A DNA stretch of 64,000 nt. Origin: Eledone cirrhosa. Its lineage: Eukaryota. The notes under the pieces were generated by a model. The model saw only the letters and a list, made by a program, of their open reading frames with translations. It made no database searches and had not been told where the DNA came from. The translations under genes and the position numbers were made by a program. Location: NCBI GenBank assembly GCA_964016885.1, contig OZ024741.1:202988001-203052000 (forward strand), given 5' to 3'. Positions 39,219 to 54,120 of this stretch are shown here, piece after piece; the first letter of the stretch is position 1; each line of letters begins with the position of its first letter.

Positions 39219-40269
39219 TTTTCAAGCCATCTCCATCCTGGTTTTATTTCCCGATCAACCCTTGTCAAATTTTCTCTATATCTAACGAACTAAATGATAC
39301 ACACACACACACGCTCACACGCACATATATAGGCGCAAATATATACACACGCATATATAGGGGCAGATATACGCATACATGTATACACAGGCATATATAC
39401 CCACGCATACATACACATATATATGCACTAAAATAGGTACACACAAACACATATATGTGGAAATATACGCACACTCATACATGCTTATACATATAGTAAG
39501 AGATTCATACACATTATGCATACACGTATGCATTCATATAGATATGTGCGTGTGTGCCTGTCTGCTTACGTATATATGTGAGTCTGCTGACATGATTAGG
39601 TATGTACATTATGTATGTACATTATGTATGTACATTATGTATGTATGTATATGTGTGTGTGCGCGCGTGTGTGTGCATGTGTGTGTGTGTGTGTGTGTGT
39701 GCTTACGTGAGTGTACGTGTCTTTCTAGTTTTTCTATTTTCCTTGCTACCATAAAATCTTTACTTTCCCCGTTCGTAGTTATTGTTCCTCCATTCTGCGG
39801 TGTAACTTCTCCTCTGTCAGCTGTTGTTTGCTTTTCCTTGACACTGATGACTGCGCCACCTGCTGGGCTTGTCATCTACTAATTTCTACTGTACTCACAT
39901 TGATGCATCTGACTAACAAACCTAACAGCTTCCTTACATTGTCTTTCAATATGCTCCATTTACTAAAATGCTTTATAGTTACTTTCGACCTTCGCTTAGT
40001 TTAGCATGTACTCACTCAATGTAAACCTTTCGAACATACTACCACAGTATATTTTCAATCTTTAAGTCTCCTTATATTGGTTTATTTTATTGTAATGGAC
40101 ATAAACTTTATAATCAACCAGCAAAATATTGTATAATGGTTTTTGGCACAGTCCTTTCATTAACATGTTTCTAATGGTAGAGCCTGATTATCAAATAATT
40201 TTGAAACTTATTAAGAATTTAGGTGGATTGAGTAATATAACTATCTTTCTTATTATTAAGCTGCTATGA

Positions 40270-40490
40270 GGGTGGTGAATTGGTATAGTGGTTAGAGCGT
40301 GGAGCAACATCCTTTGTGGCATTTAGTTACGTCCCTTTACGTTCTTGTTCATATCCCGCCGAGGTCTAGTTTGCCATTCATCCTTCTGGAATCGATAAAA
40401 CAAATCACTAGTAAAGAATTAGGGTCGATATAATCAACATTTTCCCACCACATAAATTGTTGGCCTTGTGTCTAAATTAGAAATCATTGT
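40270..40490 (+). mobile_element. SINE family 1, old copy
   Basis: Diverged head and middle domain. Confidence 0.7.
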
Positions 40491-40654
40491 TAAGCTGGTG
40501 TTTGGTGCATAACTTAAAGGTTGTCTCATAAAATTATGATGGAGGTTCTTTTTGTTTCTCTTTATATAAATATGTTAACCCTTTCGCTATCATATTGCTG
40601 ATAAAAAAACATTGCTAGTAATATCACTTTGAAAATAAACAAAAAATTCGATGG

Positions 40655-41058
40655 ATTAGCAAAATCCTTAATGAGTCGGGGAAAATGCTTCATGGTATTT
40701 GTTCCGGCTCATTACGTCTTGAGTTCAAATTTCGCCGAAGCAAATTTAGCCTTTCAAACTTTCGGGTCGATAAAATAAAGTATCCGTAAAAACAACTGGG
40801 GTCAATACAATCGACTCAAATTGCTTGACTTGTGCCTAAATTAGAAATCATTATTACACAGGGCGGTGGATTGGCAGTATCGGTAGAGAGTCGGGCACCA
40901 TGATTTGAAGCATGGAGTTACGTCCCTTTATGATCTGAGTTCAAATCCCGCCGAGGTTAACTTTGCCTTTCATCCTTACGGGGTCGATAAAATAAAGTAC
41001 CAGTAATTTACTGGTTAATTGCTGGCCTTGTGCCTAAAATAGAAACAATTATTACTAT
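40655..41058 (+). mobile_element. Two head-to-tail SINE family 1 copies
   Basis: 40655-40855 and the near-consensus 40861-41058. Confidence 0.85.
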
Positions 41059-41269
41059 TATATATTTTGTGGAAAACTTATTAGGGCTAAGAAATGGCGC
41101 AGAAAATATTACATGGCCTTTCTACGTCACAGAAAAAAAAATATATTAAAAATATATAAACAACAATTTCTTTTACGAAGAATTAATTTCATTCTGACTA
41201 TTGCAATAGTAAAGTGTCAGCTTGATAATTTCGCGTAAAATTTACAACTTTGATTGAATTAGCTAATGA

Positions 41270-41690
41270 TGAATGATTAATGGATTGGTTGGCGGGTGTT
41301 TTTAATTTCAAAATTGGTTACACTTGAATGTTTTGGAATGTTAGGCGGTGAAATTATCGGTGAATTGCGTTAGATATGCTCTGCAAAATTTTGCAGTGTT
41401 TATCATGTAATCTACAGAACGGAGTACCATCATCATAAAACGGCGTAAGATGCTCGGCCAAGTGGTACGCATACTGGCAAAAAAGACCAGTGAGAACTTC
41501 CCTCGAGTGGGTGCCAAAATGTAGAGGAGGGGGTATAGGCGGCAAAGCAGACCTGTCGAGACTTTGTTGAGGTTTGTGAAGGAATACTTAGTAAATATAA
41601 GCCTGGCCTGGAAAAAGGACCCTGGGTGATTTCTTGTCGCCCAATGCTCTATAGGGAACAAAAGGAACTAAAGAAGAGATTGTGAATTCA
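41270..41690 (+). mobile_element. Highly decayed RTE-like 3' fragment
   Basis: IIKRRKMLGQVVR and RRQSRPVETLLRFVKEYL resemble RTE C-termini. Confidence 0.45.
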
Positions 41691-43607
41691 ATTCTGGGGC
41701 AGACTTAATTTTTCATCATAACTGAGTTGATATTATGGAAAGGAGCCAATCGTCAGATCAGACGAAGGAAACAATGTTTCGATTGATCGTTCCATTGCCG
41801 ATACTACCTGTTGGTCGCAAAGCCTGGCAGAAAGAGCAACGTGAAATAAATTTTGTTCAAGAAAACAAAGCCCCGTCAGATCCAGGAATCTAAACCATGA
41901 TCTTATGGTCGTGAGTGTAACGCCTGACCACTAGGCTACACTCCTTCCATACTGGCACCAATATAATCTAAAATACAACCTCGCTTATAAAAACAGTTTT
42001 GTTATAATCGAAATAAACTGCTTATATTTAGCACTTACCTTTGAACATTAACTTATGGTTTGGGATACTAATTCATGTAATTAGGGACAGCAGTTTGAAT
42101 GGTTAAGTCATTATTGAGACGTGAAAGCAAATGAAAATTAAAGGGAAATCATATCTCCGGCATCAAGATAAGGTTCCGATCTGTTCGCATTTTATATACA
42201 GCAGATGTGAGTTCGATTCCTGCAAGCGACTCTCTTCACTTTTTCCGCTTCTAGGTGTTTATATGTCCAACTTTTCCCAGTTTTTATAGTTAAACCTGCG
42301 TTGTAGCAGCTTACAGTCATTTAACATACTTTCAAAATTCAAATTTGCTCTTGGCTTTGTAAAATGATTGTTTCTTAAAATTTTATATTTAAACGTAATC
42401 ATAAATAAAAAAAAAACAGGAAATCATTTCAATCAAATAATTACTTCAATTATGATTTTTTTGAGAAATTTGTACAATGCAAATTAGAAATAGTCGGGCC
42501 CCTTTGTCGCCAAGATCACTTTCTTTTGAAAAGGGGGACTTAACTTCGAAATATTATGAGATATAAAGTAAAAGCGTAATCTACTTCGTTTTGTTGTTCC
42601 TATTTTACTCTGCTTTAGTTTTCACTCATATGTTTTTAGCTTACGCTGCACCGGCTTCCCTACAACAATCATGACCACATATCTCACAATGCTCCATATA
42701 ACCTATGCTCTAATTACTCCAGTATAGAATAGGAGAATGTTAACAAGTATTGAACTGTCGATGTTATATTCGAAGTTGATTTAGAAAAGCAAACGGAATG
42801 AATTGTTGTGCATCAATAGAGAAATAACTATATCCATGATTTATTAAGGGAGCAGTAAAAACCATCACTAAGCATATGTATACCTGGGAACTGTCCATCG
42901 TGCCATTTCCTCGTGGAATGTTTTGTAGTGTTGATGCAATCTGAAAATCCTATCCTATGCTTACCCACTTGCACGTTGGAGGTTCAACAGGTAGATTGAT
43001 GCACCAAATGTCACATTTTCACCGCCTTCATCCATCATTTGCATCTTGATACATCTATAATCATTTAGTATACACAGTCTAAGCTTAACCTGGAACCATA
43101 TTTGGCATTAATTATTACTAATACCTAACTAGAACATGTTTTTATATTGATTAGTATAAGTATGATATATCTTAATCAAGTCATCTTACTATATTGATAA
43201 TATAACTATTAAGTCATCTTTCTATATTGATAAATATATCTGATGTATCTTAAGACATCTACCTTCATATATTAATATGTATAACTGTATTGTATCTTAA
43301 ATAACCTTCCTATGTTCACAGATATAACTGAATTACGTTTCGAGAAAGTTTTGAAAGAATTGTGACAATATTATAAAAGTATTTAATGACTAAAAGCCGA
43401 AACTGCGAGGAAAGAAATAAAACTCATTGTTTTATTCAAAATGTTCAGCCATGAAAGACCTTCATGAGTGAATTGGTACGTAAGAAAAATGTTAGCGTTG
43501 GTTAACGGTCGGATAAATTTATTCTCTCGCTATCAGATTCACTCTCGGCGTTGGCCGCGAGATATCAACTTTGTTCCAGAGTCAATTCTAGATTGTTCGA
43601 CCGTTAA

Positions 43608-44242
43608 TCTATATATATAAAGCTGTGGTTGTCTGTCTGTCTATCGATTTTTGGCACACATCTCCTCTTAGAATCTCTGACGGAATTGCACCGAAATTGC
43701 TATACTTGTACATTGAGCCCTAGCGAAGACATCGGAAAAAAAATATTTCAAATTGACCCACCCTATGTGACGAAATCGAATCTAATGTATCGATTTTTGA
43801 GCGTAAGTGACGAGTTATTTCCCTTTGTTCTGTTTACATTTTCTGCGTGCAAAAATTAAAAAAATTACGCTGGCTTTCTCAGCGTTTAAAATGACATTAA
43901 CACAATACACGAACAGTTGTCGAGCCAGCAAAATTTTGACCTGCAAAATTCATCAGTTCGAACACTAAGCTTCCGTTTTGCTTCATTTCCATTTAAAAGC
44001 CTTTTAAAACAATATTTTTACTTGAAAACAAGTCTATTTAAAGACTACGTAAAACAAGCAAATATTTCGTAAAAAAAAGCAAAAATTATATAAGTTTATT
44101 TAAAATATATGTATCTGTAAATTTCGTTAGGCGTGCAGACAGACAGTCGTGCAGACAGACTTTAAGCCAAAAAAGAAACTTAACATCGTAACTTTAACAC
44201 AGCTACTGAGCGACCCCGAGCAACGCCGGGCTTTACTGCTAG
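43608..44242 (+). mobile_element. Non-autonomous Helitron
   Basis: A|TCTATATATATAAAG 5' end; 3' hairpin CCCGaGC(aac)GCCGGG, then CTAG|T; A/T insertion site, no duplication. Confidence 0.88.
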
Positions 44243-44604
44243 TCAACGATAAAAATGTTTCTGAAGTTACCTTTCAACTTCTGAAATCTCACTTTTTGGA
44301 AACGAAAAGAAGAAAATATTCTAACATCTATAATCCGTGTCATCAACTCCTAACAATCAAACTTTTGCTTTTTCAAACTTCGACTCTGGTTTGACCGAAC
44401 GATAACAAGCACAAAAACGTTTTGTAACTCAATATTTTTAATAAAACAGTAGATTATATTTCTTTACACGCATTGTTTGAGCTTTTAACGATTACAATTT
44501 CTTTTTAATATAACTGTGATGTATCTTAAACAAATCATCTTTCAATATTGAACAATGATGTATGTTAAATCGTTTTTATATATTAATAAATGTTCGTGAA
44601 TCTC

Positions 44605-44920
44605 CTTCGGTTCCGACAATGGATGATCCAGTTGTTTAGACAACGAAATATCCTGTTTGTGAAATTAACGAGCAAGTGACTGACCATTCCACTGACATGT
44701 ACACTCTTAAATTTGTTCTCAGGGAGATTCAGTGTGACGCAGTGTGTGAAAAAAAAGCCTGACCCTTTAATTCACAGGTGCAGCTTATTTGTTCCAGTTG
44801 AGTGAACTGGGACAACTTCAAATAGTGTCTGGATGAAGCACACAATTTTTTTCCCAATCCGGAAACCTAACGATCGCAAGCTAAACACCCTAGCCACTAA
44901 CCACTAACCACATGCCTTCA
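44605..44920 (-). mobile_element. SINE family 2 copy
   Basis: Similar to 28290-28530 and 31810-32045. Confidence 0.7.
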
Positions 44921-46159
44921 CATATTGATAAATATAATTGTGATCTATCTCAAGTAATCTTCCTATATTGGAGTGGATCTAGTCTAAATTATATTTAATT
45001 TAACTAAATTTCAATTGCACACATTTAAACACAACATTAATTATTCTATTAGCATGTTGTTTTTTAATGATTTGACGAAAGAAATTAAATAGCCTTAAAA
45101 TATCCGGTTGTCGCACGAACTACAAACATGTACAATTTGTTCAATAAGTAATTTCGTTTTTTGTTTAATTATTCTTAGATTTTTTTTCTGGTTTCAGTCA
45201 TTAGATTGCGGCCAAACTGGTGCACAACCTTAAAGTCTGAGAAATACAAAGAAATCATTACTTATATTTTCCATGTATAAATCCGGAGATTTTACTTTTA
45301 GAATAATTGTTATAAAATTGGAATAAATTTGAAATTAGCTTTTATAAACATTTAAAGGCTTTGAACGATGAAGTTAATTTAAAAACTGGATTTACCCTAT
45401 TCTCTATGTTAACGGCAACAGAGTTGTGATCCATTTAGAGAGAAATGTATTACTTCTAGACATTTGAAATGGCAGAGTCGTTAGAATGTCAAATTAAATG
45501 TATCTGTATGTGTTCCGGCTCGTTGCACCCTGTGTTTAAATCCCGCTGAGGTTAACTTTGCCTTTCATTTGTTCAAGGGTCGATGAGTATCGCACCAATC
45601 CAGAGGGTGGGCCCGAATCAGTAGCGGAATTCATAAAGAGTCGGACGAGATGTTTAATGGTATCTGATCCAGCTCTGGGTTTTCTGAGTTCAAATCCCGC
45701 CTCATTTGCCATGTGTTGCAATCGAGAAGATTATATCAGCAATGAAAATATTGTTTCCTTGGTTAGATCTGATGATTGGCCCCTTTCCTTTTCTTTTTCT
45801 CTTCTTTCATTCATATAATTGCTAAAACACCGGCTCTCATGGACTTCTTTAGGACAAAGGGTGCATATTATCTAATTGTCTATTGTAATTATATCCCGAA
45901 AACATAGGCGCAGCAATCAATTGTTGGGATAATTTTGTTAGGAAACTGTTCCTCTGAAAATTTGCTTGGTGCAATATAATTGCTTTGTTACAATTTAGAA
46001 TTCTCTTATTACACGTTTAGTTTGTTGGCTGGGCTCCATCTGATTAAAAAGATGTCAACTTCTAATTTCCACTGGAAAGATTTTAATCCTATTTGCTTAC
46101 TCAAGTTTAACCTTAACCCTTATATCTCCTGTTGTCACATAAAACTGATATATATATAT

Positions 46160-46212
<53 letters not shown>

Positions 46213-46516
46213 GTTATGTGTGTGTGTATGAGTGTGGTGTGTACGCGTGTAAATGTGTCTGTGTCTATGTATATATATTTATATATATACATCACTTTAA
46301 TAATTAACGACTTGAGATTTTATTAACTTAATGGTTCTTTTAACCATGACGCCTGTAATGTGAAATAGACACGAGTGGGATGGAGGAAATCGTATATGTA
46401 CACACATATATATTTGTGTACATACATGTACGTTTGTATATGTGATTACCAACCATACGCATATGTAAAATGACTATTAACTCGTTCAGACTAAATGCGT
46501 ATACATGATACTACAA

Positions 46517-46686
<170 letters not shown>

Positions 46687-47426
46687 GAATTGCTTTCTTG
46701 AAGTTCCCGATATAAAGCAGTGTGGATACTTAATTTGAAATCACGGCAGCGACTGAGAGTTGAACACTTTAATGTACCGTATCGAAATCCTAATAAAAGT
46801 CTTTTAGCTTCCAATTCAACTGGTCGGCTGCAATAAAGACTGTAATAGGAAAACGTTTTAACCTTTGTAAAGGAATATTTAGAATGTTGTAATCTTAAGA
46901 AGTCACTGAAGACTGTCACCCACTTAAGATGGAGTCAAACTGATTTTGAAACCAGACATACGGTCGCCATTTTAATTCCACTACTACGTTCCAATTTTTT
47001 CATATACTTAATACTAAATATAGTTACACACACTTAAGTATATAAACATACTCATAATTTACCCCCATTTTCCATCTTACACACTCACAAAAACACACAC
47101 AGAAACGGATACACACATTACACGCAAAAACCTCTCACAAACTTAAACAAATGACATACACTCATACACAAATATGCCCGCAAATACATCAAACTCGCAG
47201 CAACTCATCACACATACACACACATATACGCATTGACACAGACATACATACACATTCATAAATATTTTGACTCATATTTAAACGGGGGATATCTAGAGTT
47301 GCACACGGATTATTCTCAGATATTTAAATGTATTTTACTTATATCTTTTGAACACAAATCTGAATAAATTTCTGTACCTCTCTCTGTTTGTCCCTCCTCT
47401 CACCTCACCCCATCTCTCTCTGTATA

Positions 47427-47561
<135 letters not shown>

Positions 47562-47952
47562 ATATATTTATATATAATATTAACAAAAGAATACGAAGAG
47601 GTCAACGGCAGTAAAAATAGACTTACAGTTTCCTTGGTACTGCTGGTCCATCCGGAGCCACAGTTCTGACAAAGTAGTTAGACATTGTCCTTGGCGTGTT
47701 AAGACGAAAAGAAACAAAACATGCGTGTATAGAAACGCACATACGCAAACGCGCACACACGCACATACACACATTTGAAAAATGATAAGAATGAATTATC
47801 TGAGGGTTGTTATTTAATAATTAAATGTTTTACAATAAAACCCATGATTATTGAAGAATAACACCCATTAGAAAAGTCATTCTTATCATTTTGCAAATAT
47901 ATTTTATTGTACCAAGGAATTTTTCATTTTCTACTCTCTCTCTTCCTCTCTC

Positions 47953-48023
<71 letters not shown>

Positions 48024-48444
48024 TTTTCTCTCTATATCTTTATTATTAATATTATAATTGATGATGTAATTCGAATTTGTAAATTTGCCGGTTACATATA
48101 TATCTTTTTAACAGTTTCCGAAGATCTAATAGAGTTAACATCGTATTTAAAATTGAGTGGCACTGCTTTTAGTGTTCAGCAATTTTTAGACAACTCTATC
48201 AGTGAAACAATTGTTAGACTGCAAATAAATCCCCTTTTTTGTACTGTTGACCATGTTATTCTCCACTTTTTCAATTTTATATATATATACATAACACATA
48301 TTTTTTCCCCTGCTGTTACCCGTCTATTTCGTTCTTACTGCTTCCTCTTTCTCTGTATCTTTACCCTCTCTAGCAGTCACTCTCTCTGTTAGCCTCTTCC
48401 TCACCCTTCACTCACTCATTCTCCGTTACTACCTCTCCTCCTCC

Positions 48445-48710
48445 TGCTTCTTCCCGTTTGACCTGTGCGTAATTCTTTTCTTTCGCACCCTTGGTCTGGC
48501 AGGTCGCTTTTTTTCTCTCTCTCGTCTACGATTTCACAGAACTTACGTTCACCGAATTCATAGACTAGATCCCTTCTTCCTCCCGTTAGACCTGTGCGAA
48601 ATTCCTTCCTCGCTCACATTTCAACCAGGTTTGATGGTCTTTATTCTCTCTCGTTCACGATTTCACCGAATTTAAATTCATAGAAATTTTGGACTTGACT
48701 CCTTGTTCCT
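48445..48710. repeat. Diverged ~128-bp tandem duplication
   Basis: CCCGTT.GACCTGTGCG.AATTC...TCTCTCTCGT..ACGATTTCAC occurs twice. Confidence 0.7.
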
Positions 48711-48920
48711 CACTTTTCGTTGCTTCACCATTTTTGTTTGTTTACACTCATGTCCCCTTTATTTACGTGTCCCAACGACTTTTTTTAGCCGTTGTTCGCA
48801 CCAACCGGAGGTATATGGTCTTTAAAGCGATGAAATACCAATGATGGTTGGAAGATCACTGATGAAGGACTAACTTTATTCATATGTAACCCATTAGCAA
48901 CCCCGCAGCACGTTTATTTC

Positions 48921-48973
<53 letters not shown>

Positions 48974-50276
48974 GGTGGAAGAGTAGAAATTAAAGTAACC
49001 CTTGGTAGAGTAAGATATATTTGAAAAATATGAATGACTTTGTTGTTATCCTTTCATAATCCATTGTTTTACAACATTAAAAAGCGTTGGTCGATCTGAG
49101 GCCATGGTAAATTATATTTGTCCAAGATGTCCCGTATTGTGGTGGGACCAGGGCCCTTGTCATATGTGAAGTGAACTGTATAATCATTTAGCCATATTGT
49201 GTTCACATGCACGCAACCTGAATTACTATTGAGGGCCTAAAGTATATGACAAAAGTCTATTGTACAATACCAGCAGTAATCCATATGTAAACAGTCCACA
49301 AATCTAATGGTCATCAAATTTTGTATATAACAAGATGAGTGTACATTACTGACTAATATTTCGTCTACTTTGCTGACTTTTCGAAAATGTGATTTGGCTC
49401 TCTATTTGATTTCAATTCCATGGTTTGTAAACGAGGTGACGGTTGTCGCCCACCACTTCTGAAACTATTGTAAAATGTTAGAAGTCCAATGTCACGTGTA
49501 GAATTATGCTCATCATAAGAAGTTTGGATCGAGTGTTTGCAAAACGAAAAGCTACACTGCTTGAAGAGAAAACTGTTTTTACGAAGAATTCACTAATTGT
49601 TTATTTTATTCCCTAAAGTATATTAGGAGGACGGAGGTACAGTATATGTCCACGATATGAACACCCAAGTCATAACAAAGTTATATAATACATGCGTTGT
49701 TTTTTTTACATATATATAGATTAGATTGTTATCCGGTCTGCAAAAATCAACTTCGAAAGATGAAGTATTTCTAAAATATGTCAGGAGATTTATTATTGGT
49801 AAACACTTAAATGATTTACTTAAAATATTACACCAACGAGAAATGATACAGCAACCAATTTTTAATAAAATTTAAAGCAATTCTCTCAAACTATCGACCA
49901 CATAAAATGCTCAGCCTGTAGTCTCTGTAAAATCTGCTAGAGGGTATGATACATGGAAAGAAAAATCGGGGGACACCCCAATGCAATCGGGGGACACCTA
50001 ACATGTCTCAATGTTAACCATAAACACATATGAATACAATGATAATAAATAGCAATAGATGGAGGAAATATATGCATGCTGTTCCATACTTTGTTGTAAG
50101 CGGAAATTACTATTGAATAAATCGAAGAGCTGAAAGAAGTTCATTTTCGTCCAAGAACGTATAGGACGAAGCCAAACCCAGGACGACGAGATAAAGAATA
50201 TTTTTACGATATGAACACCCAACAGGAGAAAATATTTTTCGTCCAAGAATGTATAGGACGAAGCAAAAACCAGCTG

Positions 50277-50497
50277 CACTTCCCGGCCTTATTGGTCGCT
50301 CCAATCATAATAAACAAACTGGTGTGTTTAGAGAATAAGAGGAGCAGAACTCACTCAGTGGACTGAACAATAACAAATAGAATTACGAATAGAAATAAAC
50401 AACGAATAATACTCACGACGGAAATGTTTAGAAATGAAAACGAAATCTGAGCTGGAAGATAAAGAGAGTCTCGTTGAAGAAGCATGCCATGGTAAGT
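50277..50497 (+). promoter_or_regulatory. Candidate promoter and first exon
   Basis: CACTTCCCGG, ATTGG and CCAATCA close together; ATG at 50434 reads MKTKSELEDKESLVEEACH up to a consensus donor G|GTAAGT at 50491. Confidence 0.25.
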
Positions 50498-50668
50498 AAA
50501 CATATCTAAGAGAGTATTCACTTATACAGCTGTGTGTATATGTATGTGTGTGTGTCCTACTATATATAAATTAGGTCTACATCGTTGACATACAGACATT
50601 TAGGGAGCTCTGGTCTTATTCAATACATATTTATATATGCTTGTATGCGTGTATATATATATGAATAT

Positions 50669-50748
<80 letters not shown>

Positions 50749-50787
50749 GCATATGATACGCATGTATGTATGTATATGCATGTATCT

Positions 50788-50878
<91 letters not shown>

Positions 50879-50899
50879 CAGCATTTTCTATTCCGTTTA

Positions 50900-50929
<30 letters not shown>

Positions 50930-50930
<1 letters not shown>

Positions 50931-50983
50931 GGTATCTCGTGGTTGATGCATATATATATATATGCATCAACCGCGAGATACCA
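50930..50983. repeat. Hairpin centred on (TA)n
   Basis: TGGTATCTCGtGGTTGATGCA(TA)nTGCATCAACCgCGAGATACCA. Confidence 0.9.
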
Positions 50984-51096
50984 CATCTATTATGCATCAT
51001 ACGCATAACGTCGAGTATTTTCGCTTATTGCATCATGATCTACTCATCGGAATGACTAAATCTACCCAATAGTTACACCACCCAACATAAAATGAG

Positions 51097-51159
<63 letters not shown>

Positions 51160-51219
51160 GTGTGTGTGTTTGTATGTATATATACATACATGCATACATG
51201 ATGGCTGCAACGATATATA

Positions 51220-53040
51220 TAAGAGAGTATTGAAGTTTGCTTGAAGCTTTGTGGAATAATGACAAATCTTTGGTCGTTTTGGAAGCCTCAACAATGCATA
51301 TGGGTAAATCTCCGGGTAACAAAATCTGGTGGTGAAGAGGAGATGTAAGAGGAAATGTAGAATGAGATGTCTAGTGTGTAGAGGAACGTAGGAAAGAGCG
51401 TAAAAAATAAAAATAATAACACGAGATAGAGTTACCTTGAGAGAGATTTAATTGTCCTTATATTTCGGATTTCGCATCCATTAACTAGGGGTTTTCCGAG
51501 GGGGAAAGTTATCTGTCGGGAGGAACAGTACGTGGCCTCTGTTGTCCGCCGTTTGTGTGTAACTGAGATATTCTGTAGAGCGCACGTGCGCGCGGAATAG
51601 GTGCCGTCAAACAAAGGCCGAGGCAGCTCCTCTTTATTGTGGGAGTGGGATGGTGTTAGCTGTCAATCCATTGTACTACCTATATTCAGTCTTTGTTACT
51701 GGCAGTGTAGAAGTCTGTCTGGTCGCTTGTTGGTCGGTGGATGGTGGGGGCGCTATACACACAATAACAATTGTTCGAATGCCACTGTGGTCCACTACAA
51801 GTCTGCCCTCCCTAACAGTGCAAACAGAGGGTACATCACGAACGAGATCAAGCGAATTAAAAACAGATGCAGCGATCCCGTGCGTGGTGTCACCCATACC
51901 AAGCGGTTCCTCAGGGTGCTGGAGACGAACGGATACCCAGCCTCGCTTACAAACAGAGTAAGAGACACCAGACGCAAGAAGCAGAGAAACACCCAAGGCA
52001 AGTGCTTCCGTAAAATCACGCACCTGGGCGAGAAAACCACCAACGCTATCCGCAGGGCTATACGGAGAGAGGGCCTCGACATCCACCTGGCCCACTTGGG
52101 CCCCTCCCTGCGGAGATGCCTCTCCAGAAAATCCGGGAAATCGAATGATGCGTGTTCCCTCAGAAACTGTCCGATGCGCCAAACGAACTGTTGCTTACGC
52201 ACATACGTTGTATACAGGGTAGAATGTGACAAGTGCAACTACTACTATATCGGTAGCACAATCCGGCCGCTACATATCCGGATCAAGGAGCACATGAACA
52301 CCAGGGCCTCGACTTTCCGGAAACACGTAACGAAATGCGGAAACAAAGACGGAAGGCCCATTGTCACAGTGCTAGCGACAGAACGCAACGTCGGCACGTT
52401 ACGAATCAAGGAAGCACTTTGGATGAAACGCCTAGGACCTCAAATAAATAACCGATCCGAGAGAAGCGAGACGAGGTGGCTGGTTTAAACAAACGAGACA
52501 ACAGAACACGCATACAAACAGTGGCATTTGAACGATTGTTATTGTGTGTATAGCGCCCCCACCATCCACCGACCAACAAGCGACCAGACAGACTTCTACA
52601 CTGCCAGTAACAAAGACTGAATATAGGTAGTACAATGGATTGACAGCTAACACCATCCCACTCCCACAATAAAGAGGAGCTGCCTCGACCTTTGCTTCAC
52701 CGCACCTATCCCGCGCGCATGTGCGCTCTACAGAATATCTCAGTTACACACAAACGGCGGACAACAGAGACCACATACCGTTCCTCTCCGGCAGATAACT
52801 TTCCCCCTCGGAAAACTCCCCAGTTGATGGATGCGAAATCCGAAATATAGGGACAATTAAATCTCTCCCAAGATAACTCTATCTCATGTTATTATTTTTA
52901 TTTTTTGCGCCCTTTCCTACGTTTCTCTAGACACTACACATCTCATTCTACATTTCCTCTTACATCTCTCTCTTCACCACCAGATTCTGTTACCCGGAGA
53001 TTTACCCATCTGCATTGTTGTGGCTTCTAAAACGACCAAA
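51220..53040 (+). mobile_element. Penelope-like element with inverted 5' pLTR and GIY-YIG ORF
   Basis: 51269-51788 inverted to 52518-53040; flanked by (TA)n. Confidence 0.93.
51789..52488 (+). CDS. PLE C-terminal region (thumb + GIY-YIG), open but 5'-truncated
   Basis: LETNGYP, VVYRVECDKCNYYYIGSTIRPLHIRIKEH, LRIKEALWMKRLGPQIN; the upstream part of ORF 51601-52488 is antisense pLTR. Confidence 0.85.
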
Positions 53041-53042
53041 AA

Positions 53043-53123
<81 letters not shown>

Positions 53124-53141
53124 TATACATACATGTATACA

Positions 53142-53476
53142 TGTTGGCTGCAACTTGGGTTCAGGTAATGCCATCGCTTGATACTTAAGCATGAGCATCA
53201 CGGACGTGGCTTTTTAGTCCTGCCAGGAACTTGCCTATGACCAGCAGTACCCATGCATCGCATAAAAATGTCGCATATCAAGCGATACCTGTGCTTGAAG
53301 ATTTTTTAAGTGAGGAAAGGCTTTGCACGGGGCCAATCCCCTCTCTGAACATCGAATGCATTTTCCCCAAAAGAACTGTTCTACATCGCTGGATGCAAAC
53401 GAAATCGCAGGTTTTATATCAGAGTGACCTTCTCCTAGAGAGATGTCTTAATGAAGACTAGGGGTCTCTCGCTCTA
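53142..53476 (-). mobile_element. Bipartite RTE-derived element, relative of 38425-38868
   Basis: Minus strand CTAGGAGAAGGTCACTCTGATATAAAACCTGC ... [13 protein letters not shown] ... GCAGCCAACATGTAT. Confidence 0.65.
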
Positions 53477-53705
53477 CAAAAAAAAAAAAAAAATTTATTA
53501 GATGGCCGTTGACTCTCCTGAGTTCCCGCACTTTGACGAGGCGTCTATCAAACCTTTTATGAGATACAGATCAATCTGCATAAGTGTAAACTGTAACAAT
53601 AACATGACGGAACTTGATCTTCCATCATTAAAATATCTGGAAAATCTCCTATAAGATTCTTCATGGGAGGCTAGCTCAATATACATTGTGTGAGCTATAG
53701 CAGTA

Positions 53706-54120
53706 ATCATCATCATCATCATCCGGCAGCCTCAGCCGAAATGGGCTCATCAATTGATCTCCACGTGGGTCTGTCGTTCATTGCCGTTGCCAAGTCCTGG
53801 ATTTCAATACCAGAATCTCTGGAGATGACATCGGGATAGGAGAGCTTGTGTCCCCTGTTATTAGTGACTGCCTGTGGTTTCCAAAGCACTAATGGGGACA
53901 CAGCCGCATAGGTGGCACGATGGCAGAGGCCAGCAAATCTTACTCTCCACTTACGTACAACGACAGATATGCGTGGGAGGCCGGCATTTATATCTCTCAA
54001 AGGCAGATGTCGCCAGCTTATGTTCTGAATGTGGTGAAGCAGGTGAGTGTAAGTGCCATCAAGGTACTTTTGCTGTTTGGATGAAAGCGGCCATGTTTCA
54101 CTTCCATATATCAGTAAAAA
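53706..54120 (-). mobile_element. RTE-clade LINE 3' fragment
   Basis: LIYGSETW, LDGTYT.LL....NISWR, RFAGLCHR, LVLWKP, AMNDRPTWR; (GAT)n tail. Confidence 0.88.

Noticed and set aside
39720-39875. Minus-strand ORF MTSPAGGAVISVKEK...
   Set aside because: Runs into a microsatellite, no recognisable domain or clear splice sites
46900-46970. CTGAAGA...GAAACC...GGTC as a hammerhead
   Set aside because: No convincing stem I or stem II pairing
48855-48900. CTGATGAAGG as a hammerhead start
   Set aside because: No GAAA box or closing stems; at most a remnant
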